This document shows, one piece after another, positions 1 through 9,084 of a stretch of DNA of 22,092 nt. Every line of letters begins with the position of its first letter. Positions within the stretch are counted from its first letter, which is position 1. Under the pieces are notes generated by a model. The model worked only from the letters and a program-made list of their open reading frames with translations, searched no databases and had not been told where the DNA came from. A program made the position numbers and the translations under genes. The stretch comes from Octopus sinensis (lineage: Eukaryota): contig NW_021823674.1 of assembly GCF_006345805.1 (NCBI RefSeq), positions 1 through 22,092 of the forward strand, written 5' to 3'.

Positions 1-134
1 TTGCAAGCCTAGTACTTATTCTATCGGTCTCTTTTGCCGAACCGCTAAGTGACGGGGGTGTAAACACACCAGCATCGGTTGTCAAGCAAAGTTGGGGGGA
101 CAAACACAGACACACAAACATATACACACACATA
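1..134 (-). mobile_element. Family B SINE, 3'-half fragment cut by the window edge
   Basis: Matches the 3' half of the full copy at 10894-11296 (agtacttattctatcggtctcttttgccgaaccgctaag...caaacacagacacacaaac). Confidence 0.85.
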
Positions 135-284
135 CACTGGGGTCAATGTTATCGACTTAATCCGTTTGTCTGTCCTTGTTTGTCCCCTCTATGTTTAGCC
201 CCTTGTGGGTAGTAAAGAACTAGGTATTTCATCTGCCGTTATGTTCTGAGTTCAAATTCTGCCGAGGTCGACTTTGCTTTTCAT
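135..284 (+). mobile_element. Family A SINE, circularly permuted sub-unit-length fragment crossing the multimer junction
   Basis: Starts mid-unit (cactggggtcaatg), passes the tail-to-head junction GAACTAGGTATTTC (217-230), continues through the B box (gagttcaaattct) and stops at ttttcat. Confidence 0.85.
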
Positions 285-806
285 ACCTATTTCTTTATTA
301 CCCACAAGAGGCTAAACACAGAGGAGACAAACGGATTAAGTCAATTACATCAACCCCAGTGCGTAACTGGTACTTATTTAATCGACCCTGAAAAGATGAA
401 AGGCAAAGCCGACCCTAGCGTGAACTCAGAATGTAACGGCAGACGAAATACCTATTTCTTTACTACACACAAGAGGCTAAACACAGAGGGGACAAACAAG
501 GACAGACAAACAGATTAGGCCGATTACATCGACCCCAGTGCACAACTGGTATTTAATTTATCGACCCCGAAAGGATGAAAGGCAAAGTCGACCTCTGCAG
601 AATTTGAACTCAGAATGTAACAGCAGAGGAAATACCTATTTCTTTATTACCCACAAGGGGCTAAACACAGAGAGGACAAACAAGGACAAATAAACGGATT
701 AGGCCGATTACATCGACTCCAGTGCGTAACTGGTATTTAATTTATCGACCCCGAAAGGATGAAAGGCAAAGTCGACGTCGGCGGAATTTGAACTCAGAAC
801 GTAACG
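284..806 (-). repeat. Tandem array of about 3 family A SINE-derived units (184-bp period; first unit 165 bp)
   Basis: Junction tacctatttc with CC at 286, 451 and 635; each unit carries gaaaggatgaaaggcaaag and a B-box complement (gaatttgaac; partly deleted in the first unit). Confidence 0.9.
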
Positions 807-988
807 ATATCAGCTGTTGATGACTTTTTTGACCAACAGGATGAAAGCTTCTTCATCAACGGGACCCAAGGAACGATGGAAGAAGTGTGTGTACCAGAAA
901 GGGAACTGTGTTGTAAAATGAACCCCATTTGATCAGATTCCACGGGACCAGTTTGGTCAGCCTAAGAACTTTTCAGACAACACTTGTA
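807..988 (+). mobile_element. Decayed mariner (Tc1/mariner) transposon 3' end: transposase C-terminus, right TIR and TA
   Basis: 807-872 reads ISAVDDFFDQQDESFFINGTQG. After a frameshift, 874-921 reads RWKKCVYQKGNCVVK-stop, matching the typical mariner C-terminal motif (RW.KC....G.YVE). It is followed by TIR-like ggtcagcctaagaacttttcagacaacacttg (955-986) and TA (987-988). Confidence 0.8.
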
Positions 989-1113
989 TCAAACAACATT
1001 CACAGCCAACATGAGAGGTCATGGATGGAGAGTCAAAAATGGCAATGACAACTAAACACGAGGAGACAGGAATCATCTGAGAAAATGGAGCAGTCACCAT
1101 ATATATATAATAT

Positions 1114-1335
1114 CCGTTGCCAGTACTGCCAGAATGGCCCCCGCGCCAGTGGCACGTAAAAAGCAGCCACTACACTCTCGGAGTGGTTGGCATTAGGAAG
1201 GGCATCCAGCCATAGAAACTCTGCCAGATCAAGACTGGAGCCTGGTGCAGCCATCTGGTTTGGCAGTCCTCAGTCAAATCGTCCAACCCATGCTAGCATG
1301 GAAAGCAGACGTTAAACAACAATGATGATGATGAT
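1114..1335 (+). mobile_element. Family D SINE-like element with (GAT)n tail
   Basis: gtggcacgtaaaaag...ggagtggttggcattaggaagggcatccagc...cccatgctagcatggaaagcagacgttaaac + (gat)n. Confidence 0.85.
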
Positions 1336-1369
1336 ATATAATATATATATATATTATACACATATATAT

Positions 1370-1544
1370 AAAAGCACCCACTACACTCTCGGAGTGGTTG
1401 GTGTTCGGAAGGGCATCCAGCTGTAGAAACTATGCCAGATCAAGACTGGAGCCTGGTGCAGCCATGTGGTTCGCCAGTCCTCAGTCAAATCATTCAACCC
1501 ATGCTAGCATGGAAAGCAGACGTTAAACAACAATGATGATGATG

Positions 1545-1546
<2 letters not shown>
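1370..1546 (+). mobile_element. Family D element, second tandem copy (local duplication)
   Basis: Near-identical to 1160-1335, including the shared variant tail aaacaacaatgatg; separated from it by a TA tract. Confidence 0.85.
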
Positions 1547-1575
<29 letters not shown>

Positions 1576-1622
1576 TAAATAAATAAATGGAGTTGAACGA
1601 AGATGTTAATAAAATTCCTTTA

Positions 1623-1704
1623 CTTTCGACATGTGTTTCGAAGACAACATGGTTTTATTCCAAAGGAATAAACAGTGTGAAATGCAATCTTCTCATCAGG
1701 AAAG
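1623..1704 (-). ncRNA. Type I hammerhead ribozyme with canonical core
   Basis: Minus strand reads CUUUC (stem I) - CUGAUGA - GAAGAU.U.GCAU / AUGU.U.GUCUUC (stem II, capped by an 8-bp hairpin UUUAUUCC-uuu-GGAAUAAA) - GAAA - C-ACAU-G - UC, cleavage - GAAAG (stem I). The predicted cleavage is between 1628 and 1627. All core positions and three stems were checked by hand; activity is untested. Confidence 0.85.
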
Positions 1705-1743
1705 ATGTTAACGGTAAACATAGGATAATTCATTCACCCATTG

Positions 1744-1762
1744 ATATATATATATATAATAT

Positions 1763-1795
<33 letters not shown>

Positions 1796-1810
1796 GTGTG
1801 TGTATATAAA
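1744..1810. repeat. (TA)n microsatellite separating the two HHR-bearing segments
   Basis: Direct reading; a second TA/TAAA tract at 1545-1586 bounds the other side of the canonical HHR segment. Confidence 0.95.
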
Positions 1811-2003
1811 GTTAATCCAAACAAGAAAGCACAAAAAAACACAACAACGCGAGGACGTGGAACAAATATAGTGTTATTGGACGCTCAGGAAAGAAGGAGG
1901 GTTTAACATTTCGAGCGGAGCTCTTCGTTGGAAACATAGGAGAAGGAAAGATCCAGAGAAGGGAAGACAAGGAAAAAAAATCGCCAACGGTACACACGAG
2001 GTC
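1811..2003 (-). mobile_element. Partial copy of the HHR-motif-bearing element (Penelope pLTR or retrozyme-like)
   Basis: Reverse complement of 21406-21607 (gacctcgtgtgtacc...ggattaac); its 3' end abuts a TA tract, as in the other copy. Confidence 0.8.
1901..1935 (-). ncRNA. Minimal HHR-like motif with variant core CCAACGA
   Basis: GUUU-CCAACGA-A-GAGC-ucc-GCUC-GAAA-UG-UU-AAAC: stems I and II pair and the GAAA is present, but core positions 4 and 5 and the cleavage triplet are non-canonical. Confidence 0.5.
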
Positions 2004-2178
2004 AAGCAGCCATTACATTCTCGGAGTGGTTGGTGTTAGGAAGGGCATCCAGCTGTAGAAACTCTGCCAGGTCAAGATTGGAGCCTGGTGCAGCCTTCTG
2101 GTTCGCCAATCCTCAGTCAAATCGTCCAAACCATGTCAGCATGGAAAGCGGACATTAAACGATGATGATGATGATGAT
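2004..2178 (+). mobile_element. Family D element, 3' portion
   Basis: ggagtggttggtgttaggaagggcatccagctgtagaaac...gacattaaac(gat)n. Confidence 0.85.
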
Positions 2179-2556
2179 AAGTAGGAGGATTTTCGGTAGA
2201 AGTAATGACTAACAAGAACACCATTGGCTCACTTCAACCGGTCACTTGGTACTGACCACAAAGACCGAGAGGGTGGTACTTGTGTTGTATGAGTGTTTAT
2301 CGTTATAATCCAATGACGTACAGACACCTCTTATGACGACCTCATTTGACATTTCATCTACTAAAACTCCGATGTCGACGAAAAAGTTGCAACACATGCA
2401 GACCTGACTATTTGGAAACACACAGGAAGTTGGAGCTTTCGTCTGTCCCAAACGGAACCTGATAGGAACTTTTCTTCTGGGATATAACAAAGATGGGGGT
2501 TGCAGTAATTGGACCTCTCTGTCGAACTTTGACCCGAGTTGAAAAATATATAGACA

Positions 2557-3350
2557 CATATGTATGTATGAGCCAATGAGGGAGACCTCTACATGGTAGC
2601 TAGATCTGGTAGAAATAGCAGCCAAATCTCCCTCAAATCACACCCTACTCTCTTATCTATGTATATATGTATGTATGAGCCAATGAGGGAGACCTCTACA
2701 TGGTAGCTAGACCTGGTAGAAATAGCACCCAAATCCCTCAAATCACACCCTACTCTCTTATCTATGTATATATGTATGTATGAGCCAATGAGGGAGACCT
2801 CTACATGGTAGCTAGACCTGGTAGAAATAGCACCCAAATCTCCCTCAAATCACACCCTACTCTCTTATCTATGTATATATGTATGTATGAGCCAATGAGG
2901 GAGACCTCTACATGGTAGCTAGACCTGGTAGAAATATCAGCCAAATCTCCCTCAAATCACACCCTACTCTCTTATCTATGTATATATGTATATATGAGCC
3001 AATGAGGGAGACCTCTACATGGTAGCTAGACCTGGTAGAAATAGCACCCAAATCTCCCTCAAATCACACCCTACTCTCTTATCTATGTATATATGTATGT
3101 ATGAGCCAATGAGGGAGACCTCTGCATGGTAGCTAGACCTGGTAGAAATAGCAGCCAAATCTCCCTCAAATAACACCCTACTCTCTTATCTATGTATATA
3201 TGTATGTATGAGCCAATGAGGGTGACCTCTACATGGTAGCTAGACCTTGTAGAAATAGCAGCCAAATTTCCCTTAAATCACACCCTACTCTCTTATCTAT
3301 GTATATATGTATGTATGAGCTAATGAGGGAGACCTCTACGTGGTAGCTAG
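2557..3350 (+). repeat. 107-bp satellite array 1 (about 7.4 units)
   Basis: Motif agc[c/t]aatgagg at 2571, 2678, 2783, 2890, 2997, 3104, 3211 and 3318. Confidence 0.95.
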
Positions 3351-3360
3351 TAGGGTATTA

Positions 3361-3672
3361 AGAGCACCATCCAAGCGTGATCGTTGCCAGAGTGGCTATC
3401 TGGCCTCCGTGCTGGTGGCACGTAAAAGACACCATTTGAGTGTGATTGTTACCAGCATCGCCTTACTGGCCCCAATGCCGGTGGCATGTAAAAAGCACCC
3501 ACAACACACTCGAAGTGGTTGGCGTTAGGAAGGGCATCCAGCTGTAGAAACTCTGCCAGATCAAAGTTGGAGCCTGGTGCAACCATCTGGTTCGCAAGCC
3601 CTCAGTCAAAATCGTCCAACCCATGCTAGCATGGAAAGCGGACGTTAAACGATGATGATGATGATGATGATG
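3361..3672 (+). mobile_element. Family D element with upstream hairpin sub-repeats
   Basis: Two gtggca[c/t]gtaaaa modules, then the aggaagggcatcc domain, ccatgctagcatgg and a (gat)n tail. Confidence 0.85.
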
Positions 3673-3679
3673 AAGCACA

Positions 3680-3900
3680 GGTGAGGTCAGTTTTTCTAAG
3701 GTTTTTTACAGCCGGGTGCCCTTCCAAATGCCAACCACTTTAGAGTGCGGACTTGATGCTTTTTCTGTGGCACCAGCAGAGGTGAGGTCAGTTTGGCATG
3801 GTTTTTACAGCTGGATGCCCTTCCTAACACCAACCAAATTACTCTATGGACTGGATGCTTTTTTAAGAGGCACCAGCATTGGAAGGGTTACCAAGTAACT
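3680..3900 (-). mobile_element. Older family D-related element with two tandem GGAAGGGCA domains
   Basis: ttttacagccgggtgcccttcc (about 3705-3725) and ttttacagctggatgcccttcc (about 3802-3823), each preceded by aggtgaggtcagttt. Confidence 0.7.
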
Positions 3901-4112
3901 TTTCAAGACAAGGAACCTTTGAGAGGGGAGGGGGATATTGGAGGAGGTGATCTTGTGTCAGATGATGAAAGGTCGTAATGACACAGACAGACAGAAACAG
4001 GCATCTTGCTGTAGAGGAGTGACACAGTTACCCAGCCAAAAAGGGAGAGAGAGTGATCAGGAATGAGGACAGAAATAGATGTGCCTCTATAAAGGACCTA
4101 CATGGTTAACCC

Positions 4113-4480
4113 CTGTGAAGGTGCAATGGCCCAGTGGTTAGGGCTGCAGACTCGCGGTTGTAGGATTGCGGTTTCGATTCCCAGACCCGGCGTTGTGAGT
4201 GTTTATTGAGTGAAAACACCTAAAGTTCCACGAGGTTCCGGCAGGGGGTAATGGCAACCCCTGCTGTACTCTTTCTTCCTGTTTCTGCAGTACCTGTATT
4301 TCAAAGAGGCCAACCTTGTCACACTCTGTGGTACGCTGAATCTCCCCGAGAACTACGTTAAGGGTACAACTGTCTGTGGAGCACTCTGCCACTTGCATGT
4401 TAATTTCACGAGCAAGCTGTTCCGTTGATCGGATCAACTGGGACCCCCATCGTCATAACCGACGGAATGCCAACAACAAC
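4113..4480 (+). mobile_element. Family F: full-length tRNA-derived SINE with (CAA)n tail and 13-bp TSD
   Basis: A box TGGCCCAGTGG at 4127-4137, B box GGTTTCGATTCCC at 4170-4182, tail caacaacaac. Direct repeat ACATGGTTAACCC at 4100-4112 and 4479-4491. Confidence 0.9.
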
Positions 4481-4564
4481 ATGGTTAACCCAGCCTGAAC
4501 GAAGAGCAGGCGAAGGGTAACCATGTATCTCCTTTGGCCGGTTCAAATGCTAACGGGTTAACAT

Positions 4565-4987
4565 CATATACACATACAAGGGGCTTCTTTCAGATTCTTA
4601 TTTCTTTATTGCCCACAGGGGGATAAACACAGAGGGGACAAACAAGGACAGACAAATGGATTAAGTCAATTACATCGACCCCAGATATAACTGGTACTTA
4701 TTTAATCGACCCCGAAAGGATGAAAGGCAAAGTCATCCTCGGCGGAATTTGAACTCAGAACGTAGCGGCAGACGAAATACGGCTACGCATTTCGCCCGGC
4801 GTGCTAACGTTTCTGCCAGCTCGCCGCCTTCTTTCAAATTCTGTCTACCGAACCCCACTAACACAATCTTGTTCAGCCCGGGGCTATAGCAGAAAGCACT
4901 TCTCTAGGGTTCCACGTAGTAAAATTGAACTGGACACCACACGGTTACAAAAGCAAGCTTCTTAACCACACAGCGACACCTGTATCT
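4565..4987 (-). mobile_element. Family B SINE 5' half, interrupted by a family A insertion
   Basis: aaggggcttctttca...[insertion]...ttctttcaaattctgtctacc...gcaagcttcttaaccacacagc aligns to 11135-11296. Confidence 0.8.
4593..4828 (-). mobile_element. Family A: full-length monomeric tRNA-derived SINE with 8-bp TSD
   Basis: A box-like TGGCAGAAACGTTAG (4818-4804) and B box GTTCAAATTCC (4754-4744). TSD TTCTTTCA at 4585-4592 and 4829-4836. The central gcctttcatcctttcggggtcgat...aagtaccag resembles, from memory, the Meta/MESC SINE core (unverified). Confidence 0.9.
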
Positions 4988-5005
4988 CTATGGGAACGTA
5001 TTCTG

Positions 5006-5391
5006 TTTTATCTTTTACTCTTTTACTTGTTTCAGTCATTTGACTGTGGCCATTCTGGAGCACCACCTTTTAGTCAAAGAAATCGACTCCTGGACTTATT
5101 CTTTGTAAGCCTTAGAACTTAATCTATCAGTCTCTATTGCCAAACCGCTAAGTTACAGGGATGTAAACACATCGGCATCAGCTGTCGAGCGATGCTGGGG
5201 AGCAAACACAGACACACAGACATATATAAAATATATATATATATATCTATGACAGGCTTCTTCCAGTTTCCATCTATCAAATCCACTCACAAGGCTTTGG
5301 TCAGCCCGAGGCTATAGCAGAAAACAGTTGCCCAAGGTGCCACGCAGTGGGATTGAACCCAGAACCATGTGGTTGGGAAGCAAGCTTCTTA
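5006..5391 (-). mobile_element. Family B SINE, nearly full length; 5' end lost at the family A array
   Basis: Tail ttttactcttttacttgtttcagtc, internal TA tract, ttgcccaaggtgccacgcagtggg. Confidence 0.88.
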
Positions 5392-5840
5392 TGTCTTTAT
5401 TGCCCACAAGGGATAAACATAGAGGGGACAAACAAGGACAGATAAAGTGATTAAGTTGATTACATCAACCCCAGTGCTTAACTGGTACTTAATTTATCGA
5501 CCCCGAAAGGATGAAAGGCAAAGTCGACCTCGGCAGAATTTGAACTCAGAACGTAACGGCAGACAAAATACCTATTTCTTTACTACCCACAAGGGGCTAA
5601 ACACAGAGGGGACAAACAAGGACAGACAAATGGATTAAGTCATTTACATCGACCCCAGTGCGTAACTGGTACTTAATTTATCGACCCCGAAAGGATGAAA
5701 GGCAAAGTCGACCTCGGCGGAATTTGAACTCAGAACGTAGCGGCAGACATAATACCTATTTCTTTACTACCCACAAGGGGCTAAACACAGAGGGGACAAA
5801 CAAGGACAGACAAATGGATTAAGTCGATTATATCGACCCC
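5392..5840 (-). repeat. Family A tandem array (about 2.4 units, 184-bp period)
   Basis: Junction CC at 5571 and 5755. Confidence 0.9.
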
Positions 5841-6202
5841 GTAGAAAAGAAAGGGCTTAAGGGGTTCAAAGTTTAGAGGGCTCCCCATCAAACCTAACAC
5901 CAACTTCTGTTGGTATTTATTTACATTTGAGTATTTTATAAAGCAATGTGAAGTAGAATAACTCGCTCAAGAGCACATGAAGTAACCTTACTCAGGAATT
6001 GAACCTACATTCTAACACCCAGTAACGTAGCACAGGTACCACTGTGCCACAAACCTTAACTAGGGATCTCTCACAGCACTGTACTATCGCTGCCCTCAAC
6101 ATACATTGATAATGTGGTATGGTACCATTCAAAATATACACACACATATATATATAAAACATGCTATACGTCAACAGTGATCTGATGTGGTTGATCAAAT
6201 TG

Positions 6203-6560
6203 CTAGAAATAGTAGCCAAATCTCCCTCAAATCACACACTACTGTCTCGTCTATGTATGTATGTATGAGCCAATGAGGGAGACCTCTACATGGTAGCTAG
6301 ACCTGGTAGAAATAGCAGCCAAATCTCCCTCAAATCACTCCCTACTCTCTTATCTATGTATATATGTATGTATGAGCCAATGAGGGAGACCTCTACATGG
6401 TAGCTAGACCTGCTAGAAATAGCAGCCAAATCTCCCTCAAATCACTCCCTACTCTCTTATCTATGTATATATGTATGTATGTATGAGCCAATGAGGGAGA
6501 CCTCTACATGGTAGCTAGACCTGGTAGAAATAGCAGCCAAATCTCCCTCAAATCACACCC
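6203..6560 (+). repeat. 107-bp satellite array 2 (about 3.3 units), running into family E sequence
   Basis: Same unit as 2557-3350; both ends read ctactgtct/caactgtct, the family E continuation. Confidence 0.9.
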
Positions 6561-7120
6561 AACTGTCTTAGAAAAAAAATTATGTTGGATAATGGGGTCA
6601 CGTTCTCAACACAGATAGGAAAAAAAGATAGGACTGTCATAGTTGGAACATCTTTGATCATACGCCTGTTTGGGTCAGGACTGACCTGGGGCTAAACAAC
6701 AACACCTATAGCCACTAATACTAACTACTATACTATACATTAGATAATGTAGTCCTAGATACACTATGTCAGAATAAGAGATGTGATGGTCATATCTGGA
6801 ACATCTACGAAGACGGGTCTCGTTACTGGATCAGGACTGACCTGGGGCTAAATAGACACAACTATAGCCGGTAATACTTATTACTATACAATACATTAAA
6901 TACTGTAGTCCTAGGTACACTATGCCTGAATATAAGATGGGATGGTCACCGAAGGAAGCATGTCGGGTTTTATAGTTTTTATAGCTTCAGATCAGGCCTG
7001 ACCTGGGGCGAAACAACAACAACAACAACGATAATATGATGTTTGATCATCGATCTGTGACCTGGATCAGGACTGACCTGGGGTTAAATACCAACAACAA
7101 CAACAACGGGAACAACATAA
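6561..7120 (+). repeat. Family E diverged tandem units (about 156-161 bp) ending in gacctggggctaaa(caa)n
   Basis: gacctgggg at 6683, 6839, 7000 and 7075. Confidence 0.75.
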
Positions 7121-7159
7121 GCAACAACACTTACCGGAAGTCGAGTAGATCTGATGCTA

Positions 7160-7320
7160 TGACGACGACGACGAAGACGATGTTAATGATGATGATGATG
7201 GTGATGATGATGACGATGATGGTGGTGGTGGTGGTGGTGGTAATGGGGGGGTGGAGGAGAGAAATACAGAGGTGGTGGCAACAACAACGACAACAACAAC
7301 AACAACCACAACAGCAGCTG
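7160..7320. repeat. Compound trinucleotide microsatellite (GAC/GAT/GGT/CAA)
   Basis: Direct reading. Confidence 0.9.
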
Positions 7321-7409
7321 TACTGATGTTACATGTTACAACGGCGGGACATGCCCTGGATAACCGCCTTGCATATCTATGTATATATGTATGTGTGTGT
7401 ATATATATA

Positions 7410-7452
<43 letters not shown>

Positions 7453-7539
7453 CTGTATGTATATATATGTGTGTGTGTATATATATATGTGTGTGTCAGT
7501 GGATATATATGACTGTGTTTGTGTGTGTGTGTATATATA

Positions 7540-7545
<6 letters not shown>

Positions 7546-7575
<30 letters not shown>

Positions 7576-7984
7576 TGTATGTATGTATGTATGTATGTAT
7601 GTATGTATGTATGTATGTATGTATGTATGTATGTATGTATGTATGTATGTATGTATGTATGTATGTATGTATGTATGTATGTATGTATGTATGTATGTAT
7701 GTATGTATGTATGTATGTATGTATGTATGTATGTATGTATGTATGTATGTATGTATGTATGTATGTATGTATGTATGTATGTATGTATGTATGTATGTAT
7801 GTATGTATGTATGTATGTATGTATGTATGTATGTATGTATGTATGTATGTATGTATGTATGTATGTATGTATGTATGTATGTATGTATGTATGTATGTAT
7901 GTATGTATGTATGTATGTATGTATGTATGTATGTATGTATGTATGTATGTATGTATGTATGTATGTATGTATGTATGTATGTAT
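7546..7984. repeat. Perfect (TATG)n of about 109 units, preceded by compound (TA)/(TG) from 7373
   Basis: Direct reading; source of the YVCM pseudo-ORFs. Confidence 0.97.
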
Positions 7985-8792
7985 ATACCGCCCTAATGAG
8001 TCGTTAGGGTGTATAAATACGGAATGACGATGCTGTACGTGTATACAATTATATATACAACTTTACAAGTATACAACATATATATACATTACGTAGATGT
8101 ATGTGTGTATATGTCCTCTATAGAGGTCTAATGCGGGTACACAATATATATATGTATATATCAAACGAAGTGTGTGTATAAATCTTAATACTATGTAACA
8201 ACGTCAGTACAAGCTGTATGTATGTATAAAAATATATATATTACATGTACACACCTTAATGTAGATGTGCAGTTGTCATGTTGCCGGTTTAAAAACACAT
8301 GTAGACGTGCAAATGTATATATGTGTGTATATATATATTATATACACTCCCTCTGCGCGTGTATAGTATTTAGTCTGCCACAGTATATGGTAATTTCCTC
8401 TTGGTTAGGGCTAGACACAAATACTAACAAGTCCTGTCTATATACACACAGATATATACATGCATGTATGTATATATGTGTGTGTGTGAGTATATATATG
8501 TGTGTGTGTATATATCGGTGTGTATACAAGATCGTCAAAATGAAGTCGTGCAACGGACGTATGTGAAATGGATGTTTACGTGTGTGTGTGTTTAAAGCGC
8601 GCATGTGTTGTGTATATAATTATATTATACGAGTGTCTACAACAGTCGTACTTATGTCTCTGTGTGTGTGTGTGTGTTTGTTAGGGAGGGTGTGTTTGTG
8701 TATGTGTGTGTTTATTCGGCTCGTGTGCGCGCGTGCGTGTGTTTATATAGCGTACATGTGTGCATACGTGGTCTAGATATATGGGTGTGTGC

Positions 8793-8823
<31 letters not shown>

Positions 8824-9084
8824 TATATGTGTATATGTATATGGATATTTAAGTGTGTGTTTGTGTGTCCGTATGTACATACAGTTCAATAAAGCGAGTG
8901 TGTGTGTATATAAGTGTATATAAATATATATGTATATATATAATTATATACGCACACACACACACCATATATATATATATACAAGCACACAAAAGCGCGC
9001 GCGCGATCTCCCGCAGTCCCGCCCACCCCGTTACGCGGTCTTTCCCACCTCCACCCGGGGTGACGACCGACGGAGGACGGTGAA

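Noticed and set aside
2557-3350. CRISPR-like array (also 12745-12980 and 12981-14921)
   Set aside because: Units repeat in full with no unique spacers, there are no cas genes, and the context is eukaryotic.
4120-4195. Possible tRNA gene
   Set aside because: It has A and B boxes but no convincing cloverleaf, and it continues into a ~290-bp body with a tail and TSD, so it is a SINE head.
4493-4520. cctgaacgaagagcaggcgaa as another hammerhead
   Set aside because: The core spacing is wrong (CUGAACGA), there is no stem II closed by GAAA, and CCTG/CAGG pair with each other instead.
7150-7375. Asp/Gly/Thr-rich coding exon
   Set aside because: Compound trinucleotide repeat with upstream stops, no clear splice signals, and it runs into dinucleotide repeats.
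7251-8027. 258-, 205- and 162-aa ORFs (YVCM repeats)
   Set aside because: Translations of (TATG)n, (TA)n and trinucleotide microsatellites, which lack stops in these frames.
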